From an uncultured Acidobacteriota bacterium (lineage in GTDB: Bacteria > Acidobacteriota > Vicinamibacteria > Vicinamibacterales > JAKQTR01): DNA of 64,000 bases. The position numbers and the translations under genes were made by a program. This document shows, in pieces, positions 41,575 to 54,397 of this stretch (position 1 is its first letter; each line of letters starts with the position of its first letter). The stretch is taken from assembly GCA_963834645.1 (NCBI GenBank), contig CAWICP010000011.1:35332-99331 (forward strand), written 5' to 3'. The notes below the pieces were generated by a model. That model did not search any database. It worked only from the letters and a program-made list of their open reading frames with translations, and had not been told where the DNA came from.

Positions 41575-42150
41575 TCAGGCCACCCTCACCCAATACGGCT
41601 GTCCCTGGGAAACGCGCCGCACGACGCGGCCGGCCGCGATCTCGCGGCGCATCGCCGCGAGGCGCGCGGAGACGTGCCGGCCCCGTTCGAACACGACGAG
41701 CCCGTCGAGCGCCACCTCGGCCCAGATGCTCGACGGCGGCTGGCCCGGTTCCGGCAGATGCGCCAGGTGCACTTCGACCGGCCGGCCGTCCCACGTCGAG
41801 GGCCCGGCGTCCCAGGGCGCATAGAGCGAGCGGGTCAGCGGCAGCTGCCGATCGAGCACGACGAGCAGGTCGACGTCCGAGCCATCGGCCGCCTCGCCGC
41901 GGGCCCACGAACCGAAGACGACCACGCCGGCCAGGCGGGGACCGTGAAGCTCGATCGCACGCTGGACGACGGCGGCGCCATCGTCGGCGAGCGCCGCGGC
42001 ATCGATCGGACACGCCAGCTTGCGCGCGCAGTAGTCGTTGAGGGAGAGGCCGAGATCGCGGGCAGACGCCTTGAGCTGGGCGTGAAGTCCCGGGTTCACC
42101 CTGAGCAGGAAGCGGCCTGACGGACGGCTGGTGGGCTTCGTGGAGCTCAT
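41575..42150 (-). CDS. HicB-like RHH domain fused to a minimal nucleotidyltransferase
   Basis: SGRFLLRVNPGLH..L..A..GLSLNDYC; VFGSWARGEA..SDVDLLVV. Confidence 0.85.
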   Translation of the reverse strand: MSSTKPTSRPSGRFLLRVNPGLHAQLKASARDLGLSLNDYCARKLACPIDAAALADDGAAVVQRAIELHGPRLAGVVVFGSWARGEAADGSDVDLLVVLDRQLPLTRSLYAPWDAGPSTWDGRPVEVHLAHLPEPGQPPSSIWAEVALDGLVVFERGRHVSARLAAMRREIAAGRVVRRVSQGQPYWVRVA

Positions 42151-42182
42151 GATATCACTCGACTAAGCGAGTATGATATCAC
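42149..42182. promoter_or_regulatory. paired TGATATCA operator sites
   Basis: ATGATATCAC at 42149-58 and 42173-82; the first overlaps the start codon. Confidence 0.6.
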
Positions 42183-42212
42183 ACCTCGGAGAGAGCCGAC
42201 ATCGCGGTGCCG

Positions 42213-45200
42213 CTACCGCTTCCGCTCCTTCGCCAGCGCGCGGTAGTAGTCCTCGACGAGCTTCTTGTAGGCGGCCGGCGTGTCGTCTGACCCGCCGAGG
42301 AGAAGCTGATCGGCGCCGGCCGCGCCGAGCTTGCGGCGCAGGTCGAACTCGAAGCGCCTGAAGCCCTCGGCGAGCTGCGTCTGCAGGCGCGCGGCCTCGT
42401 CGAGATCGGTGTACACCCGCGCGCTGTCCAGCGCGCGCATGTTGTTGATGAGCGCGTCCAGCTCGCGCGCGTCGACGCCGAGCGCCTGCAGCTCGCGGCG
42501 CAGGGCCTCGGCCTCGGTGCGGCGCTCGCGGGCCTCGCGCTGGAACTGGCGCGGGTCGAAGTTGCCGCCGCCCTCGAAGCGGCCTCCGGTCATGTCGCCG
42601 CTCATCTGCTGACCGCCGGCGCGCTGGCCGCCCTCGGCGCGATCGCCCTGTCTGCCGCCGCCACCCTGGCCGCCCTGCTGGCCGGCCTCACCTTGCCGGC
42701 CGCCCTGCTGCCCGCGCCTTGCTCCCCGCGGCCCTGTTGTCCCTCAGCCCTGGCCGCGCCCGCCGCCCTGCTGACCCCGCCTTGCTGCCGCTGCTGGTCG
42801 AGGCGCTGGCTCATCGACTCGACGCCGCGCGTCGAGGCCCCGCGCTCTCGCCAGCGCCTCCGCGCGCGCGTCGCGCTCGGGCGCGGCCACGGCGCCGGCG
42901 GCCTCGCGCAGCTTCGATTCGACGGCCTCGATGTCGGCGCCGATCTGCTCCTCGAACGTCGCGGCCTGATCGGGCGGCGCGCCCTGCACGAGGCCGCGCG
43001 AATACCGGATCTTGTCGCGCAGCCGGCTGTCGCGAATGGCGTCGGCGGCCTCCTGCACCTTGCGCGACGCCTGCTGCCGCTCGCGCCTGAAGTCGGACGC
43101 GGTGCGATCGAGCTGCCGCTCGAGGCCGTCCACCTCGCCCGCCTGCAGGTCCTTGCGCTCGAGCAGTTCCTTGAGCTGCTCCTGCCGGCCGGCGCCCGTC
43201 GGCGGCAGCTCGCGCACGTCCTGCTCGACTTCCTGCTGCGTGCGCGCCAGGCGCCTCACCTGCGAGAGCGCGTTCTCGATGTCGCGCGCCATGCGATCGG
43301 TTCGCTGCTGATCAAGGCTGTTGCGCGCCTGGCCGAGACGATCGGCCGCCTCGCGGGCACGGGCGAACGCGCTCGCATCGCCGCTGGCGGCGGCCTGGCG
43401 CATCGCCTCGGCGGCCTGCCGCAGTCCCTGCGCGGTCGTTGGCGAGATCGGCGCGCTGCTCCTCGCGCGACAGCCGCTCGAGCTGCCGCGCGGCTTCCTC
43501 GGTTTCGTCGGCCAGCTGCCTCTGGCGCGCGCCTGACGTTCCCCCTCCCCCGCCGCCGCTCTGCTGACGGTTGCCGGCGAGCTGCCGCTGGCGCTCGGCC
43601 TCCTGCTCCTGCCGCCGCGACAGCTCCTTCAGCCGCTCGAGCATCTCGTCGACCTTGTTGTCGGCCGACTGCTGCTGGCTCTGCCGGAACGTCTCGTACT
43701 GGTTGCGCAGCTTGTCGGCTTCGAGCTGGAAGAGATCCGCCAGCTCGTCGGCCGCGGCCGACCGCCCGCCGCCCCCTCCGCCGCCGCCGCCGCCCTGCTG
43801 CCGATCCATGCGCACGCGGACGTCGCGATACGCCTCCTCCGCGCGCTGCAGGCTGGCCAGCGCCTGCTGCTCCGGCGGCAGCGCGTTCTTCGCGTCGCGC
43901 GCCTGGAGCTTCTGCTCGGCGGCCTCCATGGACGCGGCCGCGGCCTCCAGGTGCCCGGCGATGTCCTTCATCATCGGGTCGGCCTGGCCCACGCGGGCGA
44001 TGATCTGCCCGGCCAGCCCCTTCGCGCGCTCCTTCAGCTGGCCCTGCGTGAGGGCCAGGAACACGACGTCCTGCCGGAACTTCTCGGCGCCGATCTTGTC
44101 GCGGTCGCGCACGACGTTGAAGGTGCCGGCGACGATGCGCCGCTGCTGCTCGGAGAGGGCCGACGGGTCGTTCGCCCCGCCGCCGCTCCCGCGGTCCTGC
44201 TGCTGGCCGCCGGCCTGGCTCTCGGCCGCCCGGTAGTCCTTGCGGAACGGCTGGATCTGGACGAAGTAGATGTCGCTCGTCGCGGTCTTCGCGCCCGTGA
44301 CGGTGTCGTTGTCGGTGGCGCGCGCGAAGTACGACACGACGTCGCCTGGCTGCAGGCCCAGTTCCTCGAGGAAGAACGTGTGGCCCGCGGACATCTCCTT
44401 CGCGGACCTCCCGGCGCCCGCGGCCAGGCGCACGCTCTTCTCGACGCCGCCGTTCACCGCATACACCAGTTCCAGCCGCGCCACGCCGAAGTCGTCGTCT
44501 GCCTCCGCCTCGACGAACACCTCGTCGATGCTCGTCGCACGCAGGTCGCGGCCGGGCTTCGAGAACGACACGACCGGCGCCTCGTCGTCCAGCACGTCGA
44601 TGGCGTACTGCGGAGACGCACTCACGAGGTTGCCGGCCGGGCTCGCGAGATCGATCCGGTAGGTGCCGTCCTCGCGCACCTCGAAGCTGCCGCTGAGCGT
44701 GCCGTCCTCGTTCACGGCGAGCGGCGCCCCGTCCTGCTCGCCCCGCACGATGCGGCCGCTCGTCGTGGCGAGCGTGGAGTGCACGCGGAGGCGCACCGTC
44801 GTGCCGCGCAGCACCGCGATGTCGCCGCCGTCCTCGATCTGCCGCGGCTCGAGGCCCGTGTAGGCCGGGAACACGTACTCGAGTTCCAGCCGATCGACGA
44901 ACGGCAGCTCGGCCGCCTCGATCCTGAAGACGGAGGACCGCACGCCGGCCGCCTGGACGAAATAGTCGAGCGACTGGCGCAGGCCGAAGAAGATCGTCTC
45001 GAACGCGCCGTCGTCGCCGCTCGCGATCATCGCCGCGCGCTCGAAGGGCGCGCCGTCGCCGGTCCGCGTGAAGATGTCCACCTCGGTGGCGGTGAATCCG
45101 GACAGGTGCGCCGTCACGGTGACGTCCGCGCCGCGCGCCACGGTGGCGTTCCCCGGCTGCACGTCGATGCGGTACGGGCTCGCGGCCTCGACGCCCGACA

Positions 45201-45780
45201 CGGGGATCAGCACCGCGAGCGCGCCCTGGCGCAGATAGGCCGGCCCGATGGTGAAGATCGCGGCCGCCGCGACCGCGATGCCGCTCATCACGGCGACCGA
45301 TCGCCAGAGGCTGCGCCGCTCGAGGCCGCGGCCCAGGTCGGTTTCCTGGCACTTCTCGATCGCGGATTCGACGAGCCGCTCGAGCATGGCCGCCGACTCG
45401 CCGGTCTTCTCCGGGTCGCGCACGGACGAACCTGCGTCGACCGCGCTGAGCAGCAGTTCGTGCAGCGACGGTTCGTGCTCCTCGAGGTAGAGCGCCACCT
45501 GCTGATCGCTGACCCGCCTGGCCAGCGGCCGCACGAAGAAGAACCAGCCGAGTCCGGCCAGCACGAGATACGTGACGATGCGCGCGGTGACGATGGCCGC
45601 CGGGCTGAAGCGGAACTGCTCGAGGCCGTAGGCGGCGACGAGGATCGTGCCGACGCCGGCGCCCAGCAGCACGGTCAGGCTGCGCAGGACGACCTTCCAG
45701 CGCCACCGCGTCCGGACGCCGCGGATCGTGCTGAGCAGGGTCTCGCGATGAGCCTGGAGGGCAGGTGCCATGGCCATCAT
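42213..45780 (-). CDS. large DUF4175-like membrane-anchored protein with Ig-like and coiled-coil regions (frameshifts)
   Basis: N-terminal TMs, YVFPAYTG, ADDDFGV, GDVVSYFARATD, Gln/Gly-rich coiled coil, YKKLVEDYYRALA end. Confidence 0.8.
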
Positions 45781-47900
45781 CCTTGCGCGATGCGCGGGAA
45801 CCGGCCCGCGACAAGCGCTTCAATGGCCAGCAGGACGACGCCCGCGGCCAGCAGGTACCACCACACGGATTGACGGCGCTCGAAGTCCTCGGGGGTGAGC
45901 GGCTGCGCCGCGGCCGTCGCCGCGCTGCCCGCGCCCGGGGTCACCGCCGCCGTCAGTTCGGCCGGGTCGAAGGGCGTGAGGTCCGATTCCTCTGCCGACA
46001 CATTCACGGCCACCGCCGCGCCCTCGCCCGGCTTCTCGCCGCTCCGTCCGCACCTCGTAGAACCCGGGCTCTTCAAGCGTGAATGTGTTCCTCGCCGGGT
46101 CGGCGAACTCCACCGTCTTCCCCGACGGCGCCAGCACCGTGGGTCGTGACAGCGTGACAGCTGTGCTGCCCGAATCCCGAATCCAGCCCGACCGAGCCCC
46201 GAGCCCCGCAGCCCCTGAGTCCCGGCCGAGCCCCGGCCCATCGTCAGTTCCGCCGCGTCGAACGTCTCGCCGACCGTCCTCCACGCCTTCGCCTCCGCGT
46301 ACCGCCCCAGGTGCTTCATCGCCTGGTGGACGAACGGGAGGAACACCGGCCGCAGCGCGAGGTCGTTCCAGTAACTGTCGAGCGAGGAGGTCCACGTCAG
46401 CACGGTGCCCGCATCGACGCGTCTCTCCACCAGCGCGGCGGTGCCATCGTCGAAGCGCGCGATGACGGTGGCACCCTGCGCCGGCGCGCACTGGCGGTAG
46501 CGGAACATGCGCGCGCCGGTGAGGTCGCCGCTGCGCGGCGCGGCGAACACCTCGAACACGGGGTGACCGTAGTCCACGAAGCCGAGCGCGCCGCCGGTGG
46601 TGCCTGACCGATCGACCGGCGCCCCGGGCCGGCACGCGAGCAGGTCCGGCCCATCGTCGGGCCAACTGCTCCGGTCGCCGGCCGCCACGAGCAGGCCCAT
46701 GCCGGCGCGCACGCGGGCGTCGAGTGCGCGGCCGGCCGCACCCGAAGGCGGGCGCGTGTCGTTGAGGATCACGACCGACGCCGCGCCAATCTGCTCCGGC
46801 GTCACGCGGTCCACGGACGTGACGGTTGTCTCGAACCCCGGCTCGTTGCCGACGGCCAGGGCGCGGGCCAGGTAGAGACTGGCATCCGGCGCCGGGTTCG
46901 CCGCCTCGACAATCAACACCGGGATGCGGCCGCCGGCCTCGATCACGGCGTGGAACACATCGTCTATCGGCAGGCTGTCCGCCGCGAGCCTGGCGGTGAC
47001 GCGCGCGGGTTTGCCGGCGAGGGTGAATGGCGTGAACTCGATCGTCCCGACCGCGCCAGGCGCCAGCGACACCTGGCGGCTGTCTTCGCGGTGGCCATCG
47101 ACCTCGAGCACGATCTCGCGCCCCTCGATCGCAGCGGCCGAGCGGTTCACCACCCGAGCGCTCGCCGTCACCCGTTCGCCGCCCGCCGCTTCCTGCCGCG
47201 CGAACGCCATCGCCACGATCGAGGCGTTGGTTGTGGAGGCCTCGCCCACGGGCACGGTCTTGAGCGCCACGCCGGGCGGCAATTGCGTCTCCTGCTCCCG
47301 GTCCCAGCCGGACTTCTGGAAGTCCGAAATCAGCACGATCTCCCGGCGCGGAAGCGCCGACGATTCGAGCAGGCCTGCGGCCGCCCGCAACGCCGGGCCG
47401 TAGCGTGTGGACCCGGCGCCGGGCGTGGCGCGATCGATCGCCGCCACCAGTGCCGCGCGCTCCGACGCTGCGCGCACGCCGACCTCGACGTCCGAGGCGA
47501 AGAACGCCACCGTGCCGCGGTCGCCTGGCCCCAACTCCCCGACCGCCCGGCGCGCCGCCTCCTGCGCCCTGGCCCACACGCCGCCGTAGGCCATGCTGTG
47601 CGACGTGTCGAGCAGGACGATGACCTCTCGACCGGCTCCTGCCGCGGCGGCCGCGCCCGCGCCCTGCCAGAACGGGCGGGCGAAGGCCAGCGCCATCAGC
47701 GCGAACGCCGCGATGCGCAGGAGCAGCAGCGGCCAGTGGCGGATGGCGCGGCGCTTCACCGACTGGTTCGGGATCTTGCGCAGGAACATCAGCGACGGGA
47801 ACTCGACGACGCGCCGGCGGTCGCGCTGCACGAGGTGCACCACGATCGGGATGGCAATCGCCGCAAGGGCCGCGAGCAGCGCCGGCGCCAGGAACGACAT
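45777..47900 (-). CDS. BatA domain / vWA domain protein
   Basis: MSFLAP..IPIVVHL..VEFPSLMFL, LLLLRI..AFARP, MIDAS LLDTSHSM, LISD, C-terminal WWYLL TM. Confidence 0.85.
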   Translation of the reverse strand: MSFLAPALLAALAAIAIPIVVHLVQRDRRRVVEFPSLMFLRKIPNQSVKRRAIRHWPLLLLRIAAFALMALAFARPFWQGAGAAAAAGAGREVIVLLDTSHSMAYGGVWARAQEAARRAVGELGPGDRGTVAFFASDVEVGVRAASERAALVAAIDRATPGAGSTRYGPALRAAAGLLESSALPRREIVLISDFQKSGWDREQETQLPPGVALKTVPVGEASTTNASIVAMAFARQEAAGGERVTASARVVNRSAAAIEGREIVLEVDGHREDSRQVSLAPGAVGTIEFTPFTLAGKPARVTARLAADSLPIDDVFHAVIEAGGRIPVLIVEAANPAPDASLYLARALAVGNEPGFETTVTSVDRVTPEQIGAASVVILNDTRPPSGAAGRALDARVRAGMGLLVAAGDRSSWPDDGPDLLACRPGAPVDRSGTTGGALGFVDYGHPVFEVFAAPRSGDLTGARMFRYRQCAPAQGATVIARFDDGTAALVERRVDAGTVLTWTSSLDSYWNDLALRPVFLPFVHQAMKHLGRYAEAKAWRTVGETFDAAELTMGRGSAGTQGLRGSGLGRAGFGIRAAQLSRCHDPRCWRRRGRRWSSPTRRGTHSRLKSPGSTRCGRSGEKPGEGAAVAVNVSAEESDLTPFDPAELTAAVTPGAGSAATAAAQPLTPEDFERRQSVWWYLLAAGVVLLAIEALVAGRFPRIAQG
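46171..46240. repeat. heptamer tract inside the BatA coding sequence
   Basis: cgaatcccgaatccagcccgaccgagccccgagccccgcagcccctgagtccc. Confidence 0.55.
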
Positions 47901-48821
47901 CACCGCACCCGCCTCAGGCGCTCGCGCGTGGCCAGGTAGTGGAAGAGCGCGTGATCGAGCGGGACCGACGTGTTGAACAGCGCGTAGTCGATCCGGCTGT
48001 CGGTGAAGAGCCGGCCGAGTTCGGCGATGTGCGCCTGCACGAGGGCGCGATATTCGCTTCGCAGCGCCTCGGGCACGATCGGCATGCGGTCGCCGCTCTC
48101 GAGGTCCTCGAAGCTCGCCGCCTCGTCGAACGGGAAGTCGATCTCGGCCGGATCGAGCACGTGGAACACCGCGACGTCGTGGCCGCTGGAAGCGCAGCGG
48201 CCGCACGGCCTGCGCGATGCGCTCCGGCTCGTCGTAGAGGTCGGAGATGACGATGACGATGCCGCGGCGGGTGAGGCGCTCGGTGAGCGTGAGCAACGGA
48301 GCGGCCAGCGAGCCCGGCTTCGCGTCGCCGACCCGATCGAGCGCGTAGAGCGCGAACTCGAGGTGACGCGCCGACGGCGGCACGTACTCCAGCACGCGAT
48401 CGTCGAAGGTGACGAGCCCGACGCGGTCGCGCTGCTGGTGCGAGAAGTACAGGAGCGACGCGGCCAGGAACCGCCCGTAGTCCAGCTTCGTGACGGCGCC
48501 CGTGCCGAAGCGCATGGATGTCGAGACGTCGAGCGCCACCACGCAGTTGGCGTTCGTGTCGGCCTCGAACTGCTTCACGTAGTAGCGGTCGGTCCGGGCG
48601 AACACGCGCCAGTCCACGCGGCGCAGGTCGTCGCCGGGCTCGTAGCCGCGGTGCTCGGCGAAGTCGAGCGAGAAGCCCATGTGCGGCGCGCGGTGGAGGC
48701 CGTTGATGAAGCCGTCCACCACCGTGCGCGCCACCAGTTCGAGGTTGCCCATCCGCGCCAGGGCGGACGGGTCCACGAACTGCGCGCCGCGCATGGCGGT
48801 TCCCGCACTGCGCCGGTCCAT
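47900..48821 (-). CDS. DUF58 domain protein (frameshift near 48190)
   Basis: GLHRAP..GFSLDFAEHRGYEPGDDLRRVDW, VKQFEADTN, LDVSTSM, ISDLY. Confidence 0.92.
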
Positions 48822-48823
48822 CG

Positions 48824-49858
<1,035 letters not shown>

Positions 49859-49871
49859 GAGTCTCCACAGG

Positions 49872-50016
49872 TGCTAGGGACTAGGCGCTCGGCGCTAGTC
49901 GAGGACTTCGGCGTCGTCGAGTGCGTCGACGCCTGCACTTCCAGACGCGCCACCCACGCGGCTGACAGCCGCGTCTCACTAGTCCCTAGCGCCTAGCCCT
50001 GCGCCTAGCGTCTCTA
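49872..50016. repeat. CTAG-containing heptamer arms in inverted orientation
   Basis: gctagggactaggcgc ... ctagtccctagcgcctagccctgcgcctagcg. Confidence 0.6.
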
Positions 50017-50958
50017 GTGCGTCAGCGCGTACACGATGTAATTGACTCCCAGCTTGTACGCCTCGTTCGACAGGTCGATGGGCGTCCAGCCGGTGTCCGA
50101 GAACTCCCAGTACTCGCCGACGTCGTTGTTGTAGTTCGCGATGAAGAGCAGCCGCTTCGACGGATCGTTGTCCTCGTACGCCCCGATGAAGTACGGCTTC
50201 TCGCCGCGGCCGTAGAACTGCACGAAGTCGAGCGTGGCGACGTCGAAGAACGCGTGGAAGATCGGGTGCGTGATGTCGAGTTCGACCATCCGCACGTCGG
50301 GCAGCACCCGCTTCATCTGCGCCTCGAAGTTGTCCCAGTCGCCGCCGCGGAAGTCGTCGAAGATGATGAAGCCGCCCTTGAGCAGGTACGCGCGGAGGTT
50401 CGCGGCCTCTTCGTCGGTCTGCGTCCAGTACCCCGCTTCGGCCATGTACGACACGGGGAACTTCATGATGTCGGGCGAACCGATGTCGAGGATCACGCCG
50501 CCGGCCAGTCCCGTGTAGGGCCCGATGGTCGTGATCTCGTCGAGGATCTTCATGAAGTTGCGCTCGGCCCGCGGGTAGTCGTGCGACCACGGCGGCCCCT
50601 GGCCGCGGCCGCCGCCGCGCCGCCCGAACCGGCCGCTGCCGAGTTCGTTCGCGGCGACGCCCTGCGTGTAGCGGAGCCGGGCGAAGGTGAACCGCCCGTC
50701 GTACGCGACCTGGCCGGCCTCGAGGTTGGCGGGCTCGCCGCGATCGCGCTCGAGGCCCATGAACGGCGGCGACTGGCGACGGCCGCCCTGGCCGGGCAGC
50801 ATGGGCTGCGGACCCTGCGGCGGCGGGAACTGGATCGACGGCAGCCGGACGGTCCCCTGGGGCTGCGGCTGGGGCGGCGCCTGCTGCAGCGCCGCGGCGC
50901 CGGCCGCGACGGCGACGGCCGCGACGAGCCCGATCGCGATGGTGAGGGCGCGCCTCAT
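50014..50958 (-). CDS. DUF4159 domain protein
   Basis: Signal peptide, FTFARLRY, WSHDYPRAE, LRAYLLKGGFIIFDDF, HPIFH, AYKLGVNYIVYALTH. Confidence 0.9.
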   Translation of the reverse strand: MRRALTIAIGLVAAVAVAAGAAALQQAPPQPQPQGTVRLPSIQFPPPQGPQPMLPGQGGRRQSPPFMGLERDRGEPANLEAGQVAYDGRFTFARLRYTQGVAANELGSGRFGRRGGGRGQGPPWSHDYPRAERNFMKILDEITTIGPYTGLAGGVILDIGSPDIMKFPVSYMAEAGYWTQTDEEAANLRAYLLKGGFIIFDDFRGGDWDNFEAQMKRVLPDVRMVELDITHPIFHAFFDVATLDFVQFYGRGEKPYFIGAYEDNDPSKRLLFIANYNNDVGEYWEFSDTGWTPIDLSNEAYKLGVNYIVYALTH

Positions 50959-52121
50959 CGCTTCACCTTCTCCTTGATGGCCGCGCTCGTGCGGGCCAGC
51001 TCGATCAGCAGCCGCTCCAGCTCGCTCGCGTACGCCGCCGGGTCGGTCTTCTCCTTGGACGCCTTCAGGGCGGCAATGCGATCCTCGAGCGCCTGCCGCT
51101 GCTCCACGAGCGCGCGAATCTCGGGGTCGGCATCGGCGCCGGGCACCGGCTGACCGGCTCCGGCCGACAGGAACAGCGTCCGCGCCACGGCCCCGTCCCC
51201 TCCTGGCTGGCCGGGCTCGGCCGTCCCCTTCCCGTCGCCGTCATCGTCCAGCATCGCATGCTCGGTCAGCAGCTGGCCGTCGCGCTCGTACGATTCGGCG
51301 ACGCGGAGGCGCGTCCAGGCGAAGGCCTCGAGCATGGACACGCGGCCGTCCTTGTCCATGTCGGCGTCGTCGGTGGAGAGCGCCTCGGCGAAGAACTCGC
51401 CGAACCGCGTCTGGTTGCGCTCGCCCTCCGTCCTGGTCGCCGTGATGACGGTGCGGTCCTTGCCCGACAGCGCGGCGACGAACCCGCCGCTCGCGCTCGC
51501 CGTATTCACGAACACCACCTGCTGCGCGGCGAAGCGCCCCGCCAGCCGCGCGAAGTCCGGCGCCGCCAGGTCGGGCCCGGGCAGGTTGAACCGCGCCTCG
51601 CCCGTCGCCGACGCGCCGTGGCCGATGAGGACGATGAACACGCGGTCGCCGGGCCGGGCCTGCGCGGCGAGCCGCGTGACGGCGGCGTCGACGGCATCGC
51701 GCGTCGATCGGCCGCTGATGCGCGCCTTGTCGCGCGCCGGATCCTCGCCGAGGTAGACGATGCTGTCCGGCGGCAGCGCGTAGCGGTCCTTCGCCGCGTC
51801 CACGATGGCCGACGCCCACCGGTGGAAGCGCTCGGCGTTCTCGTGATCGCCGCCGAGGCCCACGATGACGAGCACGTGGCTGCCCTGCGCGAACGCCGGC
51901 GCCGCCAGTCGTGAGCAACAGCGCGATCGCCGCGGCGACGGCTGGAGCGGCCGCGATTCGGCGAGGCTGAAGCCTCGACCGCGGACCTGGCCGGGACCGT
52001 CGCATCTGCGCCCTCGGGATGGACGGTCGACGTCTCCCGCGCGCAGACGGGAGCGCCCCGGCCACCCACGGCCGACGATCCCCGATCGCGGAGTCGCCGC
52101 GTGCTGCAGCAGGCCGATCAT
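50955..52121 (-). CDS. secreted protein with caspase/C13-like fold (5' part frameshifted)
   Basis: LVIVGLGG, VFIVLIGHG, FNLPGPDL, VNTASASGGF, ITATR, DMDKDGRVS. Confidence 0.65.
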   Translation of the reverse strand: MIGLLQHAATPRSGIVGRGWPGRSRLRAGDVDRPSRGRRCDGPGQVRGRGFSLAESRPLQPSPRRSRCCSRLAAPAFAQGSHVLVIVGLGGDHENAERFHRWASAIVDAAKDRYALPPDSIVYLGEDPARDKARISGRSTRDAVDAAVTRLAAQARPGDRVFIVLIGHGASATGEARFNLPGPDLAAPDFARLAGRFAAQQVVFVNTASASGGFVAALSGKDRTVITATRTEGERNQTRFGEFFAEALSTDDADMDKDGRVSMLEAFAWTRLRVAESYERDGQLLTEHAMLDDDGDGKGTAEPGQPGGDGAVARTLFLSAGAGQPVPGADADPEIRALVEQRQALEDRIAALKASKEKTDPAAYASELERLLIELARTSAAIKEKVKR

Positions 52122-54397
52122 GGCAGCCCCACCCGACGGCGCAGGAACCACTCGCCGCCCACCAGGCCGATGAGCAGCGCGAGGACGATGGGCATGTCCC
52201 AGAGGTCCTTCTCCTGGACCACCGTCACGCCGCGGCCGAGGTAGGTGATGTCGTCGGCCAGCGACGACACGGTCGAGGCGGTGTAGAAGCGGCCGCCGGT
52301 GTCTTCGGCGATGCGCTTCAGCAGCGTGGCACGCATCGCGGCGTCGAAGTACTCGCCATCGTCGGGCGCGGCGCGGACGTATGCCGTGTCGGTGCCCACC
52401 GGCGCGCCGTCCCGCGTGGCCGTCACGCCAATCTCGTAGAGCCCGTCCTCCTCCGCGACGAACGTCGCGCGGTACTCGCCGTCGCGGTCGACGACGAAGC
52501 TCATCGGCACGTCACGGGGCTCGCCCTTCGGCCCTGTCACCGTCGCCGAGACCACCGCGTCGTTGAGGCCGAGAAACCCGCCGTCCCGCACGCTGGCGGT
52601 CACGGTGACCGTGTCGCCGGCCTCCACGCGATCGCGATCCACGGCCGCCGTCACCCGGTCGGGCACGCCGTCGACGAGCCAGCGCAGCAGCCGCCGCCAC
52701 AGCGTCTCGTGCGTCAGGTCCTCGGCCGGCACGGTCGCGTGCATCTGCCACATCCACGAGTCCTGCACGGGCATGGCCAGGACCTTGCCGGCGCCGTATC
52801 GCTGATACGCGAGCACCACTTGCGCGCCGGGCGAGGCGCCCTTCCCTTCGAGCAGGACTGCCGCTCCCGGCTTCACGCGCCGCACCGGGTTCACGGTCGT
52901 CAGCGCCGGCAGCGCGGCCCATCGTTCCGCCGACAGTTGTTCGGTGTCGGCAATCTGCGTGGCGACGTGGGTCTGGCCGAGGCGCGTCGGGCTCACCGTG
53001 ATCGCTTCGACGAAATCGGCGCCCGCCTTGGCGTCTTCGAGTTGAACAGGCAGGACGTCGGCGACGGCGGTTCCCGCGTACCCGCCCTCCGCGAACGCGC
53101 GGCGCCCGCCGAGCGCCAGCAGGCCTCCGCCGCGCTGGTTCACGAAGTCGGCGATCATGCGCTGCTGGTCGGCCGTGAACGCGGACGGCCTCGATGCTGC
53201 CCAGCACCAGGCCCCGGTACGCGAACAGTTCGTCGCGCGTCTTCGGAAATCCGCCGGCGAGGTCCTCGGGCGCGTCGATGTCGAGGCGCAGGAACTTGCG
53301 GTCCGCCGTGCGCTGCAGCATCACCACCTGCAGGTTGGCGTCGCCGGCCGCGGCCCGGCGCAGGAACTTCATTTCGAACCGCGGCTCGCCCTCGACGTAG
53401 AGCACGCGCTCGCGCCGGTCCTCCACCGTCACCAGCGCCTGGCGCGCGTTGTTCTGCGTCACCTGCTCGCCGTCCTGCGCGCCCACCTTGAAGCTGAGGA
53501 CGCGCGGTCCCGGCTCGGCCAGCGTGAACCGGACGCGCACGGTGGAGGGTTCGCCGTCAGGCGGCAGCGTCACGTCCTGCGACGCGACCACCTGCCCCTC
53601 GTCTTCGACCGTGAGCGGAACGGTGCGGCCGGCGTAGCCGGACTGGCTCACGACGACCTCGGCCACGAGCGTGGCGCCCTTGAGCACGGTGGCCGGGGGA
53701 TCGACGCGGCCGATCTGCACGTCCTTGTCGAGCGCCTCGCGCCCGAGGCCGACCGCGAACACGGGCAGGCCGGCCGACTTCAGCGTCGCGAATCGCGTCG
53801 GCCATCGGCTCGCGCGACGTGTCGGCGCCGTCGGTGACGAGCACGATGCCCGAGACCGGCAGGCCGGCGAGCTCCTCGGCCGTGCGCTGCAGCGAGCGCC
53901 CGATGTACGAGCGCGTGCCGGAGAATGTCATCGCTGCAGGGTCGGCCACCCGCCGCGCGGTCGAGGCGAACTCGTAGTCGCGGACCGAGAACCGGCGCGC
54001 CAGGGCGGCGCGGAGCGCGCCCGACGGGCCGAGCGCCTCCCGGACGAACGCGCTGCGGGGCTTCGTCGTCGAGATCGGCGATCTCCATGCTGCGCGATCC
54101 GTCCACGAGGACCGCGAGCACGTTGCGCTGCGGCTCGACGGTGCGCACGACGAGCACCGGCCGAAGCAGGGCGAACAGGAAGACGGCGAGCGCCGAGAGA
54201 CGGAGCGCGAGCAGCGCGGCGCGGGACCAGCCGGCCGTGCGCGCGGACTTCGAGTACACCCACACCGCGGCTCCCATCGCCGCGAGGACGGCGATGACCG
54301 CAATGGCGGCCGGCCAGGGCGGGCTGAATCCCAGTTCACCCTGACCGAACACCACCGGGCGGTACTTGAAGACGAGTTCGATCAGTCGATCCAGCAC
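52118..54397 (-). CDS. membrane protein with vWA-like and glutamine-amidotransferase-like domains (frameshifts)
   Basis: LVDGSRSM, VLVTDG, RVLYVEGEPRFE.KFLRRA, FV..RGGGLL.LGG, QRYGAGKV, EWFLRRRVGL. Confidence 0.8.

Noticed and set aside
43951-45873. Long antisense ORFs here and throughout the window
   Set aside because: Expected shadow frames in high-GC DNA, with no recognisable motifs
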